Assembly (NCBI RefSeq): GCF_018350175.1
Contig: NC_058373.1
Location: 114,454,001-114,518,000, forward strand
Source of the DNA: Felis catus
Taxonomy: Eukaryota
DNA: 64,000 nucleotides
Direction of reading: 5' to 3'
The position numbers and the translations under genes were made by a program. Every line of letters starts with the position of its first letter. The stretch's first letter is position 1. This document shows positions 15,801 through 27,504 of this stretch, piece after piece. Under the pieces are notes generated by a model that ran no database searches, was not told the DNA's origin, and saw nothing but the letters and a program-made list of their open reading frames with translations.

Positions 15801-16810
15801 CTGTAGGGATGAGAGGCATGGGGTCAGCCCCACCTGGCCCCCAAGACCCGCAGAGCTGCCCCAAGCCTTCTGGAAGAAGCCCCTTTCTCATCTCAGTTGT
15901 ACCCACCCAGCCCTCTACTGGTGTTAACCTGGGCTTCTGGACACCAGGCCTCCCGGGCAGGGAGTGAGGCCCAAGTCCACGTGGGCCACCCAGCTATTGG
16001 GCTGTGGGTGTGCAGCTCTGTGAAGAGCCCAAGGCCCTCTGTGACCCAGGATTCTGGCCAATCAGAGGCTGGAGGGCCAGCCAGTGGAAAAGAACAATAA
16101 CTGAATGAAGCAAGCAGGCATGGGAGCCTCCCAGCCTCCCCACATTTCTGGATCTGTTCATGGGCTCTGGGCAGTAGCCTGGAGCCTGCAGGGACCCTGG
16201 CCTGGGCGAGCTGGCCACGCACCTGAGGACAGTGACGGCTGCTGAGTACAACCCACAGCCCTTCAGGCAGGGAGCCACCCACCGGGTCGTCTCTACAATT
16301 AGCACAAGCGTGCCCGCTGGGCACATGTGGGCTGAAGCCAGCCTGCCCGCCACCTGGGGCCCAGGGGACAGGCCGCATCTACCCAGAGGGGGCACTTCTA
16401 ACTCGCACAGAACACCCTCTGGTCAGCTGAGGCTCTGGCCACCTAAAAGCTGCAGATGCAGCCTGGAGTCTATAAAAAGACTGCAATTTTCCAAAGTGCA
16501 TACACAATGGAAAGGGCCTATTTCTTTCCTCCAGATTCCCTGGGATCCTGCCGGCTTCCAATGCTGTTTGCTGGCTTGGCCGTTCCCTGCCCTTCCCTTT
16601 TATGTCCATGCCTTCTCATGATTTCTCATTTTGAAGGCCAAAAGCTCTATCTTGGTGGGTTTTTAAATTTTCTTTTGCATGTTTGTCTGTCTCATAACAT
16701 TTCTCCCTGAGTCTGAGAGAGGGCAAGAAGGAAGGGGAAATAACGTAAGTAACATAAATGAAGATAATTTAACAACTTGGAAAGCCATTCACAATATAAT
16801 TTTAGTTGGG

Positions 16811-17040
16811 TTTTTAAAATATTTTTTAATGTTTTATTTACTTTTGTGAGAGAGAGGGAGAGAGAGAGAGAACACAAGCGGGGAGGGGCAGAGAAAGAGA
16901 CACACACACACAATCTGAAGCAGGCTCCAGGCTCTGAGCTGTCAGCACAGAGCCCGACATGGGGCTTGAACTCGTGAACAGTGAGATCATGACCTGAGCT
17001 AAAGTTGGATGCTTAAGCTACTGAGCCACCCAGGCACCCC
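16811..17040 (-). mobile_element. Can-SINE
   Basis: Reverse-complement head ...gagccacccaggcacccc, (GA)n tract, T-rich tail. Confidence 0.92.
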
Positions 17041-17131
17041 TTAGGTTTTTTGTTTTGTTTTTTTTTTTTTTTTTAAGCAGCTTATTAAGTAAAACATGCT
17101 TTAGAATTCCCTTAAAAATCATATTTACGTA

Positions 17132-17225
17132 GGGCGCCTGGGTGGCTCAGTTCGTTAAGTGTCCAACTCCTTTTTTTTTTCCCCAAGTTTATTTTATTTC
17201 TTTTTGAGACAGAGACAGTGCAAAA

Positions 17226-17273
<48 letters not shown>

Positions 17274-17567
17274 CCCAAGCAGACTCCACACTGTCAGCGT
17301 GGAGCCAGATGCAGGGCTCACAAACCATGAGATCATGACCTGAGCAGAAATCAAGAACTGGACAGTTAACTGACTGAGCCACCCAGGCGCCCCAAATGTC
17401 TTCTGACTTCAGCTCAGGTCATGACCTCAAGGGATTTGTGGATTAAGCCCTACGTCGGCTCCGTGCTGATGACCCAGAGCCTGCTTGGGATTCTCCCTCC
17501 TCTCTTTCTCTGCCCCTCCCTCCACTTGTACTCTTTCTCTCTCAAAATAAACACATTTTAAAAAAAA
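17132..17567 (+). mobile_element. Can-SINE (head 17132-17170, body 17394-17567) interrupted by an opposite-strand SINE
   Basis: The SINE sequence resumes after the insert; outer TSD aaaaatcatatttacgtag / aaaaatcctatttacatag. Confidence 0.88.
17171..17393 (-). mobile_element. Can-SINE nested in the previous SINE
   Basis: Poly-T, long (GA)n tract, reverse-complement head. Confidence 0.9.
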
Positions 17568-17804
17568 TCCTATTTACATAGACTAAAAGAATCTTTTCCA
17601 AAAAACACTTTATTTCAAAACAAATTTTTAAGTTGATATTGGATAGTTAAGATTATGAGTAATTTCTATTTTCTGTATTTAGCAGATTTGTATCTTTGAA
17701 ATATCCTACCAAAAAAAAAAAAAAAAAAAAAAAAACCACCAACTCATTACTTGTTTAAGGTAACACATTTTTTTTTTTTAAGTGCTTAAAAAAGATTTTA
17801 CAGA

Positions 17805-18030
17805 GGGGCACCTGGGTGGCTCAGTTGGTTGAGAATCTGACTCTTGCTTGGGCTCAGGTCACGATCCCAAGGTCGTGGGCTCAAGCCCCGGGTCGGCTTG
17901 GCACTAAGAGTGGAGCCTGCTTATGATTCTTTCTCCCCTTGTCTCTCTCTCTGCCCCGCCCCTGCTCATGCTCACATCCTCTCTCTCTCTCTCAAAATAA
18001 ATAAATAAAGTAATAAAATGTTTAAAAAAG
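17805..18030 (+). mobile_element. Can-SINE
   Basis: Head, (CT)n tract and A tail. Confidence 0.9.
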
Positions 18031-18075
18031 TAAAAATCACCCTAATTGCTACTGAATTATGCCCTCTTTGGTTCA

Positions 18076-18639
<564 letters not shown>

Positions 18640-19888
18640 CTACGGCCTTTGGGCCCCTTCCCTGACAGGGGGAGCCGGGGGATGTCTCTCCTGACAGCAT
18701 GTCCCGTCCCAGCTACCACTCCCCGGCAGTAGAGGCCAGGCTCCAGGAGAGCCACAGGCTTCACGCAGCCTGGCCACCAGCCTCTTCTCTGCCAGGGGAA
18801 GGGGTTAACTCAAGCTCTGCCCAAGGAAGAACCGTGGACCTGGCAGGAAGTCAGCCAGACCAGGAGGAGACCCGAGCTCTGGGTCCAGCCCCACCAGCTG
18901 GCTGGGCCTCGGTGTCCTCTGTCCCGGGGAGGTAACAACCATAACAGCCGCTTCCTGAGGCCCTTGTCACCCGGGATCTAGAATTCTAGAATGTGGGCCT
19001 CTGACTCAAAAAGGAAGAGGCTGGCTTCTGGGGCACAGGCAGGGAACAGCCTGGATGAGGTGATGACGGTGGAGAAAGTGGAGGAGGAGTGGAATGGGTG
19101 ACAGGAAACAGAACGAGCACCTGCAAGGTGCCAGCGTGTCCCCCAGACGGACTCATCGGAATGAGGATTGGGATCCCATGGGGTTCTGTGCTGTGACTCC
19201 TGCCCCAGGTTACAGAGAGGTAAACCGAGGCGCCGTGAGGTTATGTGACTTGCCAAGGTGACCAAGCTGGAATGGCAGAGCTGGGCTTACACCTGGCACC
19301 TGCGTTCTTACTATGCTGGATGGCAGATCCACCAAGAGGCTGGGCTGAGCTGTTCAGAAGGCTGATTTCTTTTAGGCAAGTGGAGCCCTACCCCAAATAT
19401 AGTCAACGGCAGAACAGCAAACCCAGCCCTGTCTCCTCCTGTCCCCTGGGTGGGCCCAGCTGCCTAGCGAGCCTGAGGCAGCACTGATCCCATCTCCAGA
19501 TCACATCCTCTCAGAACCAGGCATACTGTTTTTCTAGGCCAAGCGACTCACAGAACAACAGTATACCAGGCTAGAAAGGCCCTTGAGATCCCTTGGCTTA
19601 GCTCTCACTCGGCAAGGGGAAAAAACCCAAGACCCAGAGAGGTGAAAAGTTTCCCGGGCTCACTGTTTGTTGGCAAGAAACACAGCCTACGACTCGGCTT
19701 TCTGGAGCCTAGAGATGAGCCCCACCTCTGCCCTGGGTCAGCTGTGCCGGGACCAAGGACTACGCCCAGCCTGGGGCTGTACCCCAGGGATGGGTCTGGA
19801 GGTACAGGCTCTGGGGGCTCCCTCTTCTCCCGGGGTGGGGTAGCAGAGCCCTGCCGGAGCCAGCTGGGGGAACTCAAGAGGTACCCAC

Positions 19889-19981
19889 ATCGCTGGCCAG
19901 CTTCTCATAGTCTTCCATAAGCTGCTCGTTCTCCTGGTTGACGGCCAACACCTTGCAGATGCGATTGGCTGCTGTCTCCGC
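19889..19981 (-). CDS. ACTN1: ACTN1 exon 9 (93 nt), [31 protein letters not shown]
   Basis: gccag|GCG acceptor; GAT|gtgggt donor. Confidence 0.97.
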
Positions 19982-22900
19982 CTGGCAACAAGAAAGGGCG
20001 TGGGTGTCACGGTCAGCCCTGGGCAGCAGGAGCTCCCGCCCTGCAGCTCTACCGGCAGGAAGTCAGCCCCTGAGGCTTTCAGTCCACATCTTCCTCCTCA
20101 TCCTCTGCCAGCCCATGCCGGGTCCCACAGGTCAAGTGAGCCCAAAGAGAGATCTTGGTGGCTGAACCGGGGCCCTTGGAGAAGGACCAGAGTTTGAGGC
20201 CAACCATGCACGTTGGGAAGTAACTAATGTGATGACTGATACGTTCAAAACGGTCAGCTCAGGTAAAGAGGGCAGAAAAATTCATGCCAAGCCTACAATC
20301 CCAAGTGGAGGCCCTGGGGTCCCCGAGGCTCAGGCTCTCGGGTTGGATTTGCCAGGATCTTAGGAGATGCAGGAATTCAAACCTGGGAGTCCAGAATGAG
20401 GTGCTGACTGAGAAACAAAGGGGCCTACAGAATCTGCTCCTGGCTCAAAGCCCAAAGAACATTAGAGAAGACTCAGGGACCCCTACTGCATGAAGGGCAA
20501 GACTTCAGGATCAAGCCAGCATGCACAGAATGTCCAGAAAGCTGGGCACTGGCACGTCTGGGAAAGCGGAGGCCTCATGCTCAGTGAGTGCCGGGCAAAC
20601 AGACACAGGACGCAGGTTTTGGCAACAAGAGGACTGAAAGGAAATCAGATGCAAAGGTCCGGAAACTCCAGGGACACCACCTTCTTGGGCCATGGAAGGC
20701 ACCGTGGACTTAACACCAGCAAGGGCCAGGTGGTCCTAAACCACCAGGAGCTCAGGTAACCTTTAAATTCATCTGTTTTCTTGTGTACATCATAACCCAA
20801 CTCCAAGGGGAGGGGAACTCAAAGCCTTTTTGGGGTCCTGGGATAGAAAGACAGCCTGGGAGTAGGAGCAGATAACGCCTATTAGAGGAGGGTGAGCCTA
20901 CAGATGACAAGGGTTTAGGGGATAGAAAGATGGGACCTCACAACTGGTTGATGAACAAGGCAAAATGGGTTTTGACTGCAGCAAGATAAACTGAGGCTAG
21001 GCATGAAGAAGAACTTCCTGAGAATGAGGGTGCTTTGAACTGAGAAGGAGTAATTAAAATGTAAATGTTTTTTCTTTGCAAAACTTTTCAAATAGGACAC
21101 ACAGCCACCAAATCCCATGATTGGGAGTGGCTGCTGGGATGGGGGGGCGTGCAGAATGAGGTCAGCATAAAGGTCTTTTCAAACTCAAAGTCAGGAGATC
21201 ACACCCCCCGCCCCAGGCAAGGTGTTAGAGCAGGTGGGCCTCCACCAGGCAACTGGGAATGGCTAGAGGGCCTCCAAGATGGGCACTTTGAGTCTTGGGT
21301 CTCAAGAAACTGAGGCAAGGAGTCACATCCTTAGACCTTCACCCCCCTGCCCTCTGACCTAACTCTGCCCTGGAGATGCCATGACCATTTCTTCCATGGA
21401 GCTCTTGATTGATTGTCCTTCCTCTTAAGAACTAACAAGTAACCACAGGGAATACCAAAAGGTGACAAGGAGAGAAATTCTTTCCTGGAGACTGTGCCAG
21501 AAGACGTGGGGCCCTTGGAAAGAGCAAGGTCATGGGAAACATGCCAATGTGCCCCATGAAGAGGGCTGGGGGTAGCAATCTGCCTGAAGCGACCAGGCCC
21601 ACTTCCTGTGAAGGCCGGGGAAGGGGACACAGGGGCCAGTGGTCTCTGTGCTGACATAAGTAAGCTATGCCCAGCATGCTGACCAAGTGGGTAAGAATCA
21701 GAGGTGGCCACGCATCACAGGCAAGAAGCGGCTGCCACCGTGATGTCTCATGGATAAAACCCTCCTTGGCCTCGTTACCCCCGACGCATCTTGAAATCCT
21801 GGGCTCAGTGGTCATAAGCTTTGACTTGTGTGTCAGTCGGTCAAACTGGCAGACTGAGTGAGGCCTGCGTTCATGGGATTTTAGGAGATAATCCATTGAG
21901 CCTCAGGAGCCTCACCCATCCGCAGAGCCTGTTGACGGACTGTTCTAGGATCAACAGAGGCTCCTTTTGGATGCCGTCTGGGGGACGTTCCCAGGTGGGC
22001 CACCTGGGGACTTTTTGCAGAGACCCACCTCTTTCCCAAGCTTGCGGCTCAGCCTGCCCCACTCCTAGGTGGCTTCACCAGCAGAGACTGAGAAAACCAC
22101 TCATTATAACCAGGAAATCTGTCTTTGGAAAGAAAGCACGGGCATCATGGAACAAGAGAGCTTTCTTTAAGAGAGCTGTCTGCAAACTCCATCTGGATTG
22201 CCTCTGCCCTCGAGGGACAGCCCAGCTTCCACGGTTACCTTTAGGAAGGAAGAAGACTCCTGGAACCCAGATTTAATGTTAGGGGAAAAAAGAAAAAAAA
22301 AAAAAAAAAAGTAGAAACCTCAAGACCTTGACCCATCTCTTTCACTCACTGCTTAACTCCCTCCCCCAGGCTGGCAGTCTCACCCTTTACAAGGTCCCTT
22401 TACAAAGAAGGGTTCAGTCATCCACCACCACCAGCCCAGGAGGTCACAGAGACCAGGCAGGAAAGGCCAATGTGGTAAGGCCTGAAGGACATAATCCCTG
22501 GGGTGGAAGGCAAGCGGGACTCTTGAGCGTGGGACCCAGGCTTACCCTAGCACCCCACTTTCTGGTTTTCTAGAAACTGTTTCTTCCGTGGCCACAAGAA
22601 CGCCATCACCATGAGGGATTTAGGAGAGAGGTACTTAGCACCACCAGCTCCTAAAGAGACCGCCCAAAGGAGAGATTTGTTCTAGGGGAGGAAAGATTCA
22701 TTCTCTGAGAGAAACAGAAATTGAAACGCCATCAGAAAAACAACCGTAGGAGAGTCCTGGCCTCGGGCAGTTCCCGCAAGAGGAGATGGGCTGTTCCAGA
22801 ACCCAAGAAGCAAAACCAGCGTGCCCAGGCCTTTCTGATGTTGGCAGAATTTGCACAAGGGGTGGAAGCGTAAATATCGTAAATGGGCTGAGAAAATATT

Positions 22901-24120
22901 TTGTAACACTAGGCAATAAACACACAAAAAAGGGAGACTTCTAGAAATCTGCATTTGCCTTCCCTTGGTTTATATTTTCACAACTTACTTTAAGTTATAT
23001 TATTATACAGCTTAACACAGAACAATCTGTTTGGCTTTATATTAGTAACTTTTTTTTTAAGTTATGGACTCTTACTCCTGGAGTACTAATAACTTAGCTA
23101 TCCCAACTGAAACTCTGCTATCCCAAAGCCACACTGCTGTGCTAACACGCAGCATCGAACTCGCTGGTACAAGGTAGTTAATTAAGGTAACACCTAACAC
23201 CCAAATGTGGCCAAATGACGCACAATGGCTCTGCCACCCACAAGCCACAGATTCACATGAATGCCACAAAAATGTCATCTGTGACCTTTTTAGTCGAGAA
23301 TTTCCCAGATCTATCTAGAATTGCCCATTTCCTTCCTCCCACAGCCTAGCCTCTCCCTGTGCCTAAGTCAGCACCCAGCCAGCCAGGCCCGCAGGCAAAG
23401 GCACGCAGCCTGCTCCCCGTCTCTGGCTCCCCCTGTGCTCCTCACCCCAGAGGACCAGGGCTAACTCGCTGTCCCCTCACAGGCTGACCTGTGACATCTC
23501 GAAGCTGTCACACAAGCTGTGACCGCCTTCCTGATCTTTGCCACACTTTCACTTGAGGACCCCTACTCCACCCTTAAGACCCCCAAGACCAGGTGCCTCC
23601 TGTTCAAGAAAGCCTCCGTGTGGTGCAGCCCCGTGGCCCTCCCCCCCCTGCCCGTCCCCTGCTCAGGCCCACAGCACAGCAGGCACTGACTAGACCGCAG
23701 CCATTGCTGGCTTCCAGGTTTCAAGGTTTCCCCAGATGGACCATAATCCTTCAAGGGCACAAATGGCTGTTTCCTTCCCTTAGGAGATTCACGATGTGAC
23801 AAAAGCAAGCAAGGGGCCAAGCGAAGAGATGCAAACGTCACCATCTACTCCTGAAAGCATCCAGAAACACCTGCAGCAGATCTAGCCTGTGCTTTAAATG
23901 GCTGTTTCTCCAACATTCCCAATAGACTGTGAACTTTAAGGCACAAACTACATAAACAAAAATCTGGTGCTTTCTGTTGATTCTGAATCGACACGGGGGA
24001 CGAGGAGGGCAAAGGAAAACTGAGAAAGAGTCAGAACCCAAACCAACATGTCAAACAGAAGTCGGTCCTCACCTGACAAGGAAAACCAACGACGTGCCCC
24101 TGTGTGGGTGCGTGGACGGC

Positions 24121-24213
24121 CACACACGCACGCACACGCATGCACACGCGTGTACACGTGTGCACGCGTGTGCATGCATGTGTATACCATCGTATGGTGC
24201 ATGCATGTATGTA
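24121..24213. repeat. Alternating purine-pyrimidine tract containing a 40-bp near-perfect palindrome
   Basis: (CA/CG/TG) alternation over 24121-24187; palindrome at 24138-24177. Confidence 0.9.
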
Positions 24214-24588
24214 CTGAGCATGGGTTTCAGAATATGGCCCCCCACTGGCATCAGACACGGAGACAGTCAAGACACGAAGAGTGTGTGAGTCGGAATGAAT
24301 CGTCCTTCTTCCAAGGAGAGGAGGAAGCTTCCCCTCCCCCTGGTCTGCTTGGCTCTAAGCAGTTGCCTGAATCCTTAGAAGTGGTTACGGGCAACTCTAG
24401 GAGAGGCCCCCGACCCAGGACATGAGATGGACGCCACCGCCCCCCCGCCCCCAGCCCCACACTGGTGACCTTGTCCTCGAATGTGGACAAAAGGAGTGTG
24501 AAATGGTTGCAACAAGGATGAGAGGGAGGGAAGAGGGGCGTGGGGAGAGGTGGTATGAAATCTGGGAGGGAGAAAAGCAGGCTGCTAA

Positions 24589-24645
24589 TGCACACGCACA
24601 TACGCACACGCACGTGCACACGCTCTCGCACACGCACGCACACAC
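24589..24645. repeat. Imperfect (CA/CG)n tract
   Basis: tgcacacgcacatacgcacacgcacgtgcacacg... Confidence 0.8.
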
Positions 24646-25807
24646 TCCCGTCCGAGCATTATCATCAGCCAGGACACAGGGAAGGCCAGTGTCGGCAGGC
24701 GTGAAGCCCAGGAGAGGACCCCTGGAGGGGCAGGGGACAGAGACGAGGAGCTGGAAAACCCCAGAGCAGAGAGCAGTCTAGCTACAGAGGCGGGCAAGCA
24801 GGCCCTCTGTGGTTATCAGGGCTGGGGGGGGGCCCACCAAGGAAGGGGACAGATGCTGCTCACAACCTGGCTGACAGGTGGGGGCTCAGAGGGGCCAGAA
24901 GAAGTTGACGAGAGAGCAGCAGCAGAGGTGGGACAGAGGGAAACAGGAGGAAGCAAGAGGCAGGCCAGAGAGGAGGTTGGAGGGGGCTGGGGATCCTGGG
25001 AGGGCCAGGACACCTGTGAGTCACGGAAGCCTCCACGAGGGGCAGCTCTCCCGTCTCAGTGCCAGTGAGGCCTGCAAGGAAGGCGAGGAGGGTTCTGGTG
25101 CCCGTCCAGCCAGGGGACGGGGTTGCTACAAGCCCACGTGCCTCTGTGTAACTTTTTAAAGGCACCTCTTCTCAAGGCATTCCTATTGGAAAACTGTCAT
25201 ACTGATCTGTTAGAGAATATTGTTACTGCCACCTGCAGGATTCCTTCTGTAACAAATATCCAAATCTCCATGGTCTATGGTGCACACATGGCAGGCTTGT
25301 GGAGTGCGCAACCTGCACCACGTCCGTGGCAGGCCTGGTTGGGAAGGGCTCTGAGCCTCTGGCCTGGACACCAGGGAGAAGGCAGGAAGGCTTCTCCCTG
25401 CCCTGTCTGCTGGGTAATTTGAAAGGATGGTTGTGACTGGGCGGGAAGGAGAGAAAATGAAGGGGTCCTGAATGTTTAAGGGAACAGTTAGGAAGCATAG
25501 CCCAGAGCCATATCGCTTGGGATAAGGGCTCTTGACTCAGGGTCCAGGGAAGGAGCTGAGACCACGAGCTTCTTTCCCATCTGTGACCTCCACTAAGCCC
25601 AGTGTGCATGGTCAGAGACACAAGGGGCCATCCAGAGGCTGGGGCTCTCTGGCGTCTTCAACCGGCCAAGGTTCAGAGAGCACCCTGCCCTCCTACAAGA
25701 GGAGGAGGGGCTGCAGGCCCACGGACTGCTGCCGGAGCATCCAGGGAGGAAGGAAGAGGTGGGCGGAGGGCGGCAGGGAGAGCGGGCGAGGCCGAGGGAG
25801 AGCTCAC

Positions 25808-25888
25808 CTTCTGCGCACCCAAGAAGGCGTGGCAGTGACATGAAACATTAGGTCACATGGCCTTCCCATCCTTAGCGTGCCTACACAT
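25808..25888 (-). pseudogene. Decayed duplicate of exon 8 (relic exon 8b, pseudo-exon), 81 nt
   Basis: Aligns end to end with exon 8 using four small indels. It ends ...VSCHCHAFLGAQK versus [13 protein letters not shown]. Flanked by ctctgtgcag| and AAG|gtgagc. Stop codons occur in both usable entry frames. Confidence 0.88.
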
Positions 25889-26975
25889 CTGCACAGAGAA
25901 GGAGAAGAGGTTGAGAGGAGAAAGGGAGCAGCAGCACAGAATAAACCCAAACAGCCGTGGCGGACAGGGAGAATGCAAGACAGACGCACAGACAGCAGAT
26001 GAGGGAACGGGCAGAGAGAGACGAAATGAGATGGTGGGAGGAGAGAAGGGTGAGGAGGTGGAGGGCACAGGCTGAGACAGGAAAGGGAGAGAGAGAGCAG
26101 AGGGGAAGGCTGGGCAGAGGTGGGAGGGGGGAGCGCCCCCATCATGCATTTGGAGACAGGTCACTCAGACTCCATGCGGAGGGTGGGAAATTGGCCTGAG
26201 CACATCCAACCTGATGTGACAGGTCCACGGCTCGACACCGTGAAGGCCCAGTCTGTGGTCCTGTCAACCTGCATGTTGTGTTTCCAGGGTCCTGCCTGTG
26301 AGTGGGGTCTGGGAGAGAGGCTTCTGCTGCCTGAGCTAAGCCTGGTAACAAAAATATTCAGCGCTCTTTAGTTGTGGTACCCTTGTGCAGTGTGCAACCC
26401 GCACAACTGGACTTTAAACTCAGGCCTCCCTGAGCAAAACTGAGCCGGGACATTTGAAGGGGGCTCACAGAGGCCCACCTCCTCCCATCCCCCTCCAAGG
26501 GGCCGTGCTTATGTCTGTAAATACAGCATGCAGAGTGACCCCACATGTGGGTCCCCGGCAGGATACAGAAGGCATCAGGGCCCGAAAAAAAAGCTGTGGA
26601 CAGATTTGCCACATCATGCCCATGAGTGGGAGAAAGGCGGGGGGCTTCACGACACCTTTGCACAACAGGTCAGTGAGGACAGGAGATGCCTCCCTAAGGG
26701 AAGCCCGGCTGCTGTGTTAAAAAGCCTGTGGCTTCAACAAAGGTGGGCGCGGAGGGACTGCTGCCTACTGCAGCTTCCAGGAGTCCAGAACCCCCAGGCT
26801 GATTCCACACATGCAGCTCTTCCTGCTCAAGCCAGCCCTCTGGGCCCCAGAAGGCGAGCTCGAGCCCAGTCCTCTCAGAGACTGCAGGGGAAGAGGAGAA
26901 GAGGAACACAGGGGCAGGGCGGGAGAGGAGCCGAGCGAGAGCAGCACGCCGCGTTGGCACCGGGAGCTAACTCTA

Positions 26976-27314
<339 letters not shown>

Positions 27315-27504
27315 TCACCAGCTTCTGGACTCAGCTTCCTTCCGCTTACAGGAACATGAGAGGTAGAGGGAGGAGAGAGACAGCGACCCAAGGAAGCAAA
27401 CAACGAACCCAGAATGAGGAACATTCCATGAGCAGCTGGCCCCATCTGTGCAACAAGTTTCACGGCAGGAATAAAAAAGGGATGAAGGAAGGAGGGAAGT
27501 ACTA

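Noticed and set aside
24855..24990. Pyrimidine tract followed by tcag-ccaggtt-gtgagc, a possible microexon
   Set aside because: There are several competing AGs, a weak donor context and no homology support.
26836..26910. Strong acceptor (ctcttcccctgcag|, 26881) followed by GCCTTCTGGGGCCCAGAGG, resembling the end of exon 8
   Set aside because: The similarity covers only ~19 nt, no GT donor follows, and the 5' part does not align. This is insufficient to call a third exon-8 copy.
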